From Isurus oxyrinchus (taxonomy: Eukaryota), in assembly GCA_026770705.1 (NCBI GenBank), contig JANJGN010000027.1, forward strand, positions 28,086,001 to 28,150,000: a stretch of 64,000 nt of DNA, written 5' to 3'. The position numbers and the translations under genes are program-made. Of the stretch, positions 1-12,620 are shown piece by piece. The number at the start of each line of letters is the position of its first letter. Position 1 is the first letter of the stretch. Below the pieces are notes generated by a model. It was not told where the DNA came from. It searched no databases and saw only the letters and a list, made by a program, of their open reading frames with translations.

Positions 1-94
1 GATGGAAATACATTTAAAAATAATGGAAATAGGTGGGAAAAGAAAAATCTATATAAATTATTGGAAAAAAACAAAAAGGAGGGGGAAAATACAA

Positions 95-335
95 AAATAC
101 CTTCAACACCTCTTTGTCCTTTTGTCTGTGACATCTTTTGGTTATCTCCACTTATCACTGGCCCTCTATCCAGCTCTTCTTGCGCTCACACCACCCCCCC
201 CCCCCCCCACCGCTTAAAGCAGCTTACATTTCTCCCCTTTTCTATTTTTCCTTAGTTCTGTTGAAAAGTCATGTGTACTCGAAACGTTAACTGTGCTCCT
301 CTCCACAGATGCTGCGAGACCTGCTGAATTTTTCG
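95..335 (+). mobile_element. Penelope-type terminal-repeat fragment, same family
   Basis: agttCTGTTGAaaagtc...ctcGAAACGTTaact...ctccacagatgctgcgagacctgctga is shared with the copies at 35.1, 41.4 and 59.5 kb. Confidence 0.7.
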
Positions 336-1984
336 AAGGCCTCGTTAGAGTTAAGAGAGCCAAGACTGCTTAACACAACATTGAGACTTAGGATTTACTG
401 ACTTCCAATACATGATTAAAATTGCAGACCATGTAGATGTAATAACAGAAAGGTGAAGTATATGATTCTATACGCAAACCTGTTGCTGGCTGTTGCTGAC
501 ATTTAAACCGCATCTGTATAAGGAGTTTGCCACCATAAAATTCTGAATGTTAATAAAGCAGCAGTACTGTCAGAAGTGATGCCCATCATTGAGTAGGCAC
601 TGCCTCAACCTCCAAAGTAAATACCAGTGAAGCATTCTGAGATAAAGGCTGCCAAAAACCATCCACAGTGATAGGTTAAGTGAGCAAAGCACTCCCAACT
701 GAAAGAAATGATCAAAAACATGAACTTTAACGCACACATGTAGCTGTTTCAGTCAATCCAGATGCCGTGAAACTTACACTGCAACGGAGCAAGGAACTGA
801 AGCTAGACATTAAATTTAGGAAGTTTCCAATATAAAGGGTTTTAAGAATAATTCAGTAGATTGGCCGAAAGCTGTAATTTCACAACAGTGCCTTGCCACT
901 ACTTCAACACAAGTTATATGGGAACGTTGTTACTATTTCTGTGAAACCACTTCAGGATATAGCTGCTTTTGCTATGAGACAAACATGAGAATAAAAATTC
1001 CTCTAGTGATACAGCTCAGATGCACAGATATCTGATGTGCACTGCACCATGTAATGTTGAAGTGATAATTCAAGACCGCAATTTTCCACCCAGCAAGATC
1101 AGTTATTCAAGCGATGCTGTGTGGAGTGTGGCGTTCCCCCATAGAAAATGATGACAGTGATTTAAAATTAAATCACTGATTCAGCTTTTTTGGCCCACTC
1201 GTATGCACATATTAGCTTGCTACAAAGTAGCATTGGTCTGACTGCCTTCTCAAAGAGGGAACGATGCATGAGGATATACTAATGATCCCATTATAGAAAA
1301 GTCAAGCATATCCAGTGTTTTATTTATACTCTTGGAAAGGAGTACGGAAAAAATAGCCGTTCACAAAGGTTAAATGGCAGAGGGGTGAGGTTTCAAAACA
1401 GTACCGAAGAGGCAAACCAAACACAAGAGATCTGGATAGGTTTGATAGATGAGCTTACTGCAGAAACTGGCAGTTAATGCAAAATAATGAAGGAAGGGAA
1501 ATATAAGCACAAGATAAACTAAACACCTTTAGATAATAGGTAATAGCAAAGGTGAAGGATCAAGGGATACTGATGGATACTGAAACCAACAGCAGTATGA
1601 AAAGGATGTACGGTCCAAGGGATACAGCACAAATCCCAGGTGGTGATGAGTGTGCACAATATACTGATAGTCTCACACTTGGAGCAGCTAAAGGAATAGA
1701 TACATTTGAGATTGCCACATACTGCAGAATCAAGGAACAGAGGTTCAATCACAGAAACAGAAAGTTCACACAGTTTAACTAATCAGAAGATGGTGAATGT
1801 GTCAAACTGTCAAGGGTTGCAGTGGAGAAAACAGGGGAAAAAAGAAATATCATGCATTTATATAATGGATGCAATGGCCCCAAGATGCCTAACAGCACTT
1901 TACAGGCAAAGAAGTACTTCTGAAGGGTTGTTACTGTTTTAATGTAGAAAAACTCAAAAGCCAATTTATGTCCAGCATGGCCCA

Positions 1985-2275
1985 CCAACAGCAATGGGAT
2001 AGTGGTGTGATAATCTTTTTGATAATGGTCAAAGGATAAATATTGGCCAGCACTTCAGGAGAACTCTCCTGAACTACTTCAAATCATGACATGGGATCTT
2101 TTGCATCCACCCGACAGGGCAGACAGGGCTTCAGTTTAACATCTCATCTGAAAGACAGCGTCAGACAGTGAAGTACTTCTTCAGTACTGCACTGTGCCAG
2201 CCTGTGCGCTCAAATGGGCTTAAGCCACCACCTTCTAGCTCAGAGGTGAATATGTAAGCATTGAGCCCAAGGCTT
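1985..2275 (-). mobile_element. Deu-domain SINE
   Basis: Reverse complement of the 19.2-kb element (atgggatcttttgcatccacc...cagtttaacatctcatctgaaagacagc). Confidence 0.75.
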
Positions 2276-5200
2276 GGCACCTTGAAGAAAAACTTACAGG
2301 AGAAGCCAATAGAAATTTAAGACAATGAACTTTTGAAGATTTTTTTAGGATCAGCCAGATGGATTAGAGAGTCTTTTGTATCCTGTTTTCCTATAACCCT
2401 GCGTTGGACATTTCTCAGGGTTTCCATTTTAGATACCGGGGGGCTGATTTCAAAACATCAACAATTTGAAGATGACTGCATTTAAAAATGACAGTAATTA
2501 TAACTTGATCCCCAAAAGACAAGAGGATAACCACAGCTCCAGTGTGGGAGAAATGAATAAATCAGTCTACAGTACTCAGGGAAAACGCATACACATTATA
2601 CCAGAGTGCTCGAAACCTTCCATCATGTGTCACAATGTCCTGTAACTGTGTAGTCACCTTCCCCCCCACCATCACCCCCTGTGCACACCTCACTACAAAC
2701 ACAGAGAAAGGAAATGGTGGTGAGAATGGAGAAGTTGTTGCCTATCTCACAAATGACACGACCCAGTCCTCAGTTTTGCACAATCTGCTCCCTTCCTCGT
2801 CTGCCACAAAACCAAACAACTCTATGCTGCACTTACTAAGTTAACACTTTGAACTGTATGTGTGGATAACTTAATGCTGGCCTCTGTTTATACATCCCAG
2901 ATGTATCAATGAGGGTTACTCTTCGGTCAAGTAAAATTAAGGGCTTCATTCATTGCAGGAGACGTACTTCCATATCAGAAAGCTCTCAGCTATGTTTATA
3001 CAACTATGGCTGTATTATTCACATGATAGATCTATGCAACAGTGACTGAACTGTCCACAAGAACAGTTTTGATATTATAACTGTTTTATGTTTACTGTAT
3101 GTAATAATGCAAACACTAACCATACACACTGATCACCAATCACTACATTAACTAACAGGAACAAACACAGCCACAATGTCATCTATCAACAGGCAACTAG
3201 ATGGCACTTTCACAGAGCACATAGGAACAGACCCCAGTTGGCTGAGATACATGATGGCTGCAGGTGCATAAAGTGGAGTACAATCACCGGCATGAGTGAG
3301 GAACCTTTGATGGAAGTATTTTTAAAAATGTTTAGTCAGTGCTTAAAGAACTGCAACAGGCCTTATTGAATCAAATGCTACAAAACAGAGGGGAGGGGAA
3401 ATAAAGGATACAAAAACTGAGTCATAAAAATACTTCAGAGTTACAAGTTGGCGAGCTGTGCAATTCACCAAAGCTGCCAAGTAACTCACCCCTGCCTAAC
3501 TGGTGAGTAGAACTTTCCAGCACTTGTGTGTATGTTATATTATATACAAATCATATTAGTATATATCTTCCATGTTCAACAGACAAGCATTTACTTTAGA
3601 AAGTAAACCAAGTTAATTAAGTATAACATAAGCAAAAAACATTTCCACTGTGAATCATTACCATTCATTCATTGTGAGTGACAGAAACCATCTTTGAAAT
3701 ATAATTTTATTGAAGTAAATTCAACATTTGCCTTGAGTGTTTCTAGCAGAGCTGCTGACTTGCAAAAAAGCAAAAATTTATACAACTGAATGCTTTTCAT
3801 ACATTGTCATGTTTTCTATAAACGTTGCAATACAAGGAACAAACTACATGCAGCAGTGTCTACAGCTCAATCTGCATATACAAGGTCAACCCATCTAACC
3901 TGACTGCATCAGTGACATGGAATGCTGAAGTGCGCATATTTCCTATTCAACTAGAAAAAAAAGCTTTTCAAGTTCAATCAGCTATAAATGTTGCTTTGTT
4001 TTTATTTTCCAATGAACTTCCTGGAACCCATTATAAAGCTGTCAAGTATGTATATTTAGCAATGGTAACACAGCCCTGCCACTGCGCCAACAATCATGCC
4101 ATCTACAACAAACAGAAAAACAATCCTGAAGCAGATCTCAAAAAACATTGTTTTCTTCTCACAGCCCAACCCCCAGCTGTCAGTATGCATAAGGCACAAG
4201 ACTTCAGTGTCAACAATATTGTAATTTTAACACACCCAAGCACTCCAAGCATATCCATCCTCATTAGCTTCCTTCAAAATTGCATCTGTCAGTGCTTTTA
4301 GCTCTTTGTTGCAGTGATCAAGTTATTGTTGCACCACTTTGTGATACATCTTTAAAATTAGAATTTACAGTGAGAACTTCCATAATAAAGTCTGTGGAGG
4401 TATTGCTGAAAAATGTCCTAATGAGTGCAAGACGAAAAGCTTCAACAGCACGTCTCTTTTTTCAGCAATGCTCAAGTTCTGTTTATCACATGACAATCTG
4501 TGGGAGTCATGTAAAATGTGACAGAAAGGTCTATTACAAAGAGAGCATTTTGTATGCCTCCTATTTTAGGGAGACAGTACTAAGCATCAGCTATAATTTT
4601 GGGGAATGTGCTCCTTTCTAAGTGTGCCAAACTAAGTGCTACTACATGCACAGATCCATCACAAGAAAATTATACCCTTTCTCTTCCAACTCCTCTCAGG
4701 AATGCATGAACCCATCCTGTCGTCAAGTTCCATGGGCACCTTCTGTCACCTGAACCAAAATGCCGTTCTTCATAACTGAGCCATAAGAATGATTCTTGAC
4801 AGAGCATCATTCTACCACAAGGGTTAGGCAGCCAAGCTCAGTGATTGCCTTCATCTGATACACACAATGTACACTCTGCTGAAATCAACCACCTCAGCAC
4901 AGGCCTTGGATCAAACCAAGGATCTTACTAAATTCTATGGTTCAGTACCACATTGCCAATTTATTTGGTGCTTGGATATTTGATTTACCATGCTTACGAA
5001 ACGTAAGTTATCTTGAAGCTCAGAGAAAATCTGAGCATTTCTGAGCACATGATTTTTAAATAAATTCAAATGATTTATGAAAAAAGATTTTTGTATTCTA
5101 AAAATATGTATTAAAAATATAGTATATGGTGCATGTAGTTATGTGTGCAGAAAATTGTCTCTTCATCTCTAGACCAAAATCATAATGGAATTTCCTCCTC

Positions 5201-8200
5201 CACTGTAGAACTTCATGACTCAGGTCTCATTAAAGAATTATTTGGGTTGGGGGAGCAAACATGCTGACTATTGCAGCCTACAATGATTTTGATTCTGGCT
5301 ATGTTCAACAGAGGTCGCAACATTTCCCAGCGGGGAGGCATTGGGGAAAGCTGAAAGAGAAGGCATACCTGGGCAGCACTAGAGCTTCCTGGTGAGGAGC
5401 TAAAGGGGGCAATGACAGTGACCTGGGAACAGAATACACATCTGTCCCCTTGGCTTCAGAAGCATCAGATAAATGAACATGGGAGATCAACTTCAAGGAA
5501 ATTTCTACCCCATCAATTTCTAATCTAGAATACATCTCACATGCCCTTCCTTAGAATGTGGCTAAAACAGCAAGATCACATCTGACTAAATGAAAAATTA
5601 ACTGGACCTGCAGTGCATGTCAAATCACTACTGCCTCATTCACAACAATTATCTTGTTCTGAATGTCACCAGCAATACACCAAATAGCTGTGCAAATGTC
5701 CTGATGTCCGGGAAGGGTTTCATTTTTTTTTAAGCACAATGATCAAAACACTTTCAAAGTGACATGGCATCAGACTGAAATTCTCCTTGTATGATGTAAT
5801 CCTTTGCATATTTACATATGACCTATGCCCGAGTCATAGAGTACCAGGGCACTATGCCAACATACACCATAAAGGTGTTGCAAACAAAGCAGCAGAAATT
5901 GAAATGAGAGTAGTTTTAGATGATGGGTCTTTGGGTATCACCACAAACCAATGGATCCAATCCATCCCCATTCACAAACAGAAACAGTAATCTCACAAGC
6001 GAGAGACTACATCTAATGAACTTCAGAGGAGATCTAATCAGCCTTAGCCTCCTGCAGGAGAGACAGAACTGTGATAACCAACACTTGGAGCATATTATCC
6101 TTACTGGATTATAACCAAAACCACCAGCAAGATTGTTTTCTGTATTGGAAATTTAAGGCCACTAAAATATAACAATGTTAAAATGGACTGCAAAATTAAT
6201 TTTAAATCTCACCTAGGCTTCAAGCCTTTAAGACTTAAGTCACAATCATAGACAGCATTGATGTTTCTGGAGGTGTGGAGAATAATATTCTAAAAGAACC
6301 TTTCATCAAGAACTGTAGAGAATTGTTTTGTTTGAAATGTACTTGTACAAAGCTTGGCTTCAAAGTTAGGAGCTACAAAGTTGTTCCATAAGCAAGTACT
6401 CGTACGTTGTAGGACTTGGCAGGCGGAATGTTTATTTGATTTTATATAACTTAGCATCTGCTAAATGGTGCAATGGCTAACTCTAGCAATATATGCATGG
6501 TCTACTTAACAATGCACTCTTCAAAAAAAAGTCTGTTCAACAATGCAGTGGTCTTCTGAGTGTTTGAGATTGCAACAAGAAAAGGGAAGGATGCATAAAT
6601 GCAGACCATCCCTTATAGATGGTATTGGAAGGGAGGGTCCTCAGGATAACACCAATATGCTCAACATGATACAACCCTCAGAATTCTTCCTGGTGATGAA
6701 TTTTGCTTACTTCAAATGCTTTGTGCAAGGTGTGAGATGAAGAATACAAATAAAGTTGTATTACAGTGAAATACTGAAGACAACCTTATCATGAATGATT
6801 TAAATTTCAGAAATCTGCCTAACAGAAGTTACTGATCACCTTTCCACAGTAGTCCATCTGTTCCTCTACTTAGTATTTGAAGAAAAAACAAAGCAAGTTA
6901 AAATCAAACACAACTTAACCTGTTAGTTGAGAATCTAAGGCTCAACTACTTAAATTATTAGGCCAGATCACATGCTCCTTTGAGGGGAACTTTCTTGACT
7001 TTGAACACATATTATCAAGGGGAAGTGTGCATTAGTCTCACCTACATGGCTGAGTTCTCTAGTATATGAATTTTTAAAAATGCTTTTGCAAGGGGGAAGG
7101 CAGAACGAGAAGAAATTGTACTGAAAAATTTAGATTCTTCAGGTGGTATTTTCTGAATTTCATGAGTGCAGATCGGATTCATGATGCCAGGAAGCAAATT
7201 TGGTGCTGTTTTGTTGGAATGCTTTTGCCTGTAAAATGTTGAAATCTGTAGCATGCATGTGACCCAGAAAATTTATTGTTTAATTCCTTCTACTCTTACC
7301 ATATTCAGGGGTAAGAATGCTGGGAAAAGATTGTCTAGCTAAGACTGCATTAACTCATCTATACAGTACATCCCAAAGCCAGATTTTCCCGTAGTTATAA
7401 ATGTGTACAGTATAGAACAAATTGAATTATCGCTGCATGGAACAAATTGATTTGAATAACTATGATAATGGAATCTTTCGGATGAAAATTGCTTGCTGCA
7501 TGATTTTGAGAAGCAAAAAGTGTGCACACCAGAAACAACCAAAGACATCTGGTCCAGTCATTGGCAGCAGAGCTGCGGTTTCCACGGTCACTTTGCCAGT
7601 AAGCAAATGGATTTACACAGCATGACAAAGTCAAGTTCCCCTACACCCTGACTGAACTAGGGGGCTGTACTTGAATGGACAACAGTTTGCACCAGTGGGT
7701 TGGGATGGGTAATTTCTACCACTGAACAAAGGGCAGACATTTCAAATTGCTACAAATTAGCATTTAGCACAACTATGAAATGAATTTTTTAGAACGAAAA
7801 CAGAATTTGTAACTCATTTTGTCATTCAACGCAGTCAAGAATGATCCATTTGAAGTGACACAAATTGTGAGTTTTTCTTGCGCATAAAGGAATAAAAGAT
7901 TGGCTATGTGGAGCTCCTTAAAATACACTGCAATGTATATAGAGTTGCACATAAACAAGACATGTGTGGATTACAGTAGACTTTACAGGGCTCTAAAGTG
8001 TCTGTGTTAAATGCAACAATCATAATCACCTGGTTTGTCAAGTAGTGCCCTGATTTGGTCAGAAGTCTCTAGGCAGAACCATTGCTGTGTTTGCACCTCC
8101 ATTCATTTAATCATTCAATCTCCAGCATTTTAAATGAAAACAGAGTTTCTTCTTTCAATTCTATTTACAACCCTGACTGAAGGCTAATAGTGAGAGCTCT

Positions 8201-9121
8201 CTAACTTTGAAGGAGAAATTAAGGAAGGCTGTTAAGGAAGAATTGCTGCACCACAATGGTTGTTACAATGATGAAAATGCATTTCAAACAGACACTGGCA
8301 AAAAAATGCCCCAAAACAAAGCATAATTCATGTAGATAATGAGACAAGTGCCCAGAATCAGACATCAGAAACTTCATGAGAGGAGACAAAGCAACATCTG
8401 TCAGTTTGGTCTCAGAGCACTTATTTCAACATTAATTTTTCTTCACTCTATCTATTTTCTCCCTTTAAGTTTCACTGATGATAGCATTTACAATTCTCTG
8501 CAATGAGAAATCTGTCTGAAAAAGAATGTCACCCAGTGATTTCCTCCTCCAGTGAGCAATCACTTACATCTTTGCCCTACAGCTCTCCCAAATGCTGCTT
8601 TGTGAAAAACACGTCAATGTTCCTGTGAATGTGCAGTATAAATAAAGTCCATTTTGAGGCTTAACATAATCTAAAAAGACGACATGTTTGTGACAAAGCA
8701 TTATGTTCACCAGATGAGAGCCACACTTCCTACTACTAGACTCCAGTCACTAAAAAGGCTCCATTTGTTTATGGAGCTGAAGGTACCACATCAAAAGGGA
8801 AATTATAGAATAGGGAGTTGAACATATCCAAATAAAAATCAAAGAGAAATTGCACTCATTTTCACTTTTTAAAAAGTGTTTCAGTAAAGCCTATGCAGGA
8901 GAAAATCTTTGATGCAAAGTAGAATCGATATTGATGAAGAATCCTCAATGGATGACTTGTTACATTGCGTGTGCGCAACATATGGCAGAGATACATGCTC
9001 TGCATAAACAGCATCTTTACAAATACTGCTCTAGCAAAATCACTCAACAGCAATAAAGCAGAACCACAAAACTAGACACCTTGGGACCAAAGGCAGCTGT
9101 AATCCAAATGCACTATCCGTA

Positions 9122-9208
9122 GTCTGTTTCTTTTTGCCTGGCCTGCTGAGTATTTCCAGCATTTCCCATTTTTATTTCAGATTTCCAGCATCCGCGGTAC
9201 TTTGTTGT
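9122..9208 (+). mobile_element. Truncated copy of the same family
   Basis: cctgctgagtatttccagcattt...ttttatttcagatttccagcatccgcgg matches the family 3' end. Confidence 0.7.
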
Positions 9209-12200
9209 ATCCATAATCTAAATGACAGTGTATATATGAAATGATGAAAATCAAAACATCAACACACACTAATTTATTTCTCATAATTTTCCACAGTTTC
9301 CCAATGAAAAAAAGCACTAAAACTGATGCATTAATATGACATTACCACAAAAGTTACGATGGAAAAACCAAGACAGAATCCAAACTGTTGCACAATATTA
9401 TCAAACAAATAGAAACTGGAGAAAAACCAATGCAGGGGAGAAGCAAACATCTGAATACAAAAGAAAAAAATAGTAACTACTAAAAGATGAAATCAGAGCA
9501 TTTATGAGAGTATGAGTGGACGTGTGTGAATGTATATACTGGCTTGAATTCATACAAATGGCAATATTTAAAAAGTAATCTGTTTTAATTATAAAAACAT
9601 TCTTCAAAATGTTCTGCTTCTAAAATACATGTAGATGTTTGTATCACAGACATATTTAAAATTTGACTGATGAGCTGTGACCAAGTGTCAAATAAACTCA
9701 AACCTGTGGGATCAAACATTTCCCATAAACCAACATAGAACTGACAACTGTGAAACAAAATTGGCTGATGAAGTTAAACGATGATATAATACTAGCAAAA
9801 TGGATGCAAATAGCTGAATAAAGACCAACATACCAAGGACCATGCTAAATTGTCTGCACAATGGCTCATGTGGCAGATCATTTCATTCCAAAAATGCAGA
9901 TACAGGAAATTTGGCTTTAAATGTGAAGCTGTGACGGGATTTAATCACGAAAACTTGATTTTTCATATGCTATGGCAATTAGAACAGATCAGAATCGCTG
10001 AACATAAATTTGAATGTTTCGAAACAACAAGATGACAATAAATCAGTATGTTTTAATGATCACTGGCAGAGTTGTTGTGGTTAGGTGGCTTTGCAAAAGC
10101 TGATTGAAACCAATCTTACATTGCCCTACCACTCTCAAGAAAGGTTTCCTCCAGCTTCCAGCTGCTTACCACTTGAATTCTCCCACCCACTTTGGCCTTG
10201 GCCTCCAGTGCTGTTCCAATGAAACCCAACGCAACTCAAGGAATAGCACCGCACAAGACAAATTTTACATGCATGCATCCAAAGCACAAAATGTGCCCAC
10301 AGAATTGCACATTATTTGTTCACTTCAACTACTCTTTGTGGTAGCATTATCCACATTCTCATAAATCTGAGTAAAGAAGTTCCTCCTAATGCATTAGTGA
10401 CTAGCTTATATTTATGCCCCCAAAATTTTGATCTCCTGACAAGCGGAAACAACTTCTCTACACTAGCCTATCAAACCCTTTGATAATCTTAATGATCTTT
10501 CTCAAATCAGCCCTCAGCCTTCTCTTTTCTAGACCAAATGTGTTCAATTTTTCCTCAGCAAAGTATTTGGAATTTGTGGCCTTTTAAACATTTCTGAAGC
10601 ATGTTTGGCAGAAATGTCTACAAACTGAAGAAAAAAATATCTCTTGGTATAACTAAATGAATGGCACTGATGCATCCTGGAAAACTAGGTGCATTGCACA
10701 TGTACAACCTACACAATCCAAATTCAGCTCACAGCAGCACAGCTCAGAGTTAAAATATCAACTCCAAGCCCAGGCTTTTGGGATAGGCTAAGAACTTCAA
10801 GTGAAAACTTTAATGAAGGCATTCGGAGACACAAAAGACAATTCAAGGTGCAAGTTTAATCATATCCCATGGTGCAGACCTCTAAAGTGATTTGTTCAAC
10901 ACATCTGTTTTTTACTCAACTGAATTCTAACCTGTCTGAGCAGCAGATAAGATTGACAGCATACAAATAATGCAGTTGACAGGAGCAAATTATTGATCAC
11001 AGAGTTACAGAAATTACTAAGAAAGCTTGTAATGACCAGACTGCGTGCATCTTGGCCAATCTTCTAACTTAACTGACAGTTTAACTCAGTGTGGAGCACT
11101 AGTTTACAGTGACAGAATAAGTCAAATGCTATTTTTAACATGGGTTCCCAAAATTTTAAAAATTGGTATTTTGGGGACTGCATCCTACAGTTCCATCAAG
11201 TTACTGTCAACCAGTGGTCCTAATTTTAACTAAGTAAATTCAGTTTTTATAACATGGAATTCCACAAATCCATCCAGCATTGAGAAAATTGTGAATCACA
11301 GCCTTGCTTAACTTTTTTTTAAAATACATTCAGCAATCTGTGATTTGGGATTTTGGCAAACAATCGTCTACATTCTATTATTCTTTTAACTTCAGTCAGT
11401 TCTCACTTTTACCCCCTCATATATAACATAAGCAATGCATATAGAATTTTAATTAAAAGGTATTAAAAAAGGCTAACAGTATCACAGATGCACTTATGCA
11501 GGTATAACGTGTGCAGTACAAAGCATTAAAATTATTGCACATCAAAAGAAACAATGGGGTTGAAAATATTGACATTGTACAGATGTTCAAGGCTAGCTTG
11601 GAATTTTTTTTAAAGCATTGTTGAGATGTTGAAATATTTCACTTTTTTCAAATGATCCAAACTGAATACTAACTGTCAAAAGTGACAAACTGCACATTAC
11701 TAATGAAAACCAAAAGGCTCTTCGTTTTTCAGAAAGTCTAGATTAAATTTACTCTGAAGTCCATAAAAATGCATCTGGCCCAGAAAATGTCAGCATTTAT
11801 ATAGTCAAACAATCAGATCAGCCATGATCCAATCGAATGGCGGAGCAGGCTAGAAGGGCCAAATGGCCTACTCCTGCTCCTAATTTGCATGCTCATATGT
11901 AACGCAACCTGACTATCTGGTAATGGAATAATTATTCTAGTCGATATCCAAAGGCACCATGTAGTCAAATAATGACATAGTCATAGGAGGAATAAATAAC
12001 ACTTCAGTGCTTTCACACACTGCTCCATTTTGTTGCCTAGCCATAAACAAGGCAAAGTCAGCTGTTAGTCCCAGTAGTTGAACTTAGACTTCTGGTTCAG
12101 AATCACTTAAGGTTATGGACAGCTTGTTGGTTTAAAAAAAACTTCATAGCAAGAAGATTAATGGCACTAAATATGTACATGTACGGAAAGTCTGATACAA

Positions 12201-12279
12201 GATTCTTTTAAAAATTATGAATCTACTCAAATTCCTGTGGTCTCCTCGCTCTGGACCATAATTACATTCCTCAATCTCA

Positions 12280-12620
12280 AGACCTTGATTTTAAATTCTC
12301 ATCCTTGTTTTTAAATCTGTCCATGGCTCCAGCCCATCCTATCTCTTTAGCTCCTCCAATCTGAGATCTCTGCATGTTCCCAATTTTCATTGCTCCACCA
12401 TTGGTCCTTTCAACTGTCTAGGCCTGAGCTTTGGAATTTCCTTCCTAAAGCTCTCTGCATCTCCCTCCTCCTTTAAGAAGCCCCTACCTACCTTTTTGAC
12501 CAAGCTTTGGGACATCTGCCCTAGCAGCTCCTTATGTGTCTCAGTGACAAATTTTGCTCGATAATCGCCCCCAAGAGGTGCCTTACATTAAAGGCACTGT
12601 ATAAATGCAAGTAATTGTTC
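12280..12620 (+). mobile_element. L2 LINE 3' end
   Basis: FKILILVFKSVHG-like remnant and tail ttacattaaaggcactgtataaatgcaag. Related tails lie at about 13525-13710 (-), 24150-24370 (-) and 36130-36340 (+). Confidence 0.7.

Noticed and set aside
3825-4621. 158-aa and 113-aa plus-strand ORFs
   Set aside because: Non-ATG starts, no recognisable domain, and antisense within a GBF1 intron.
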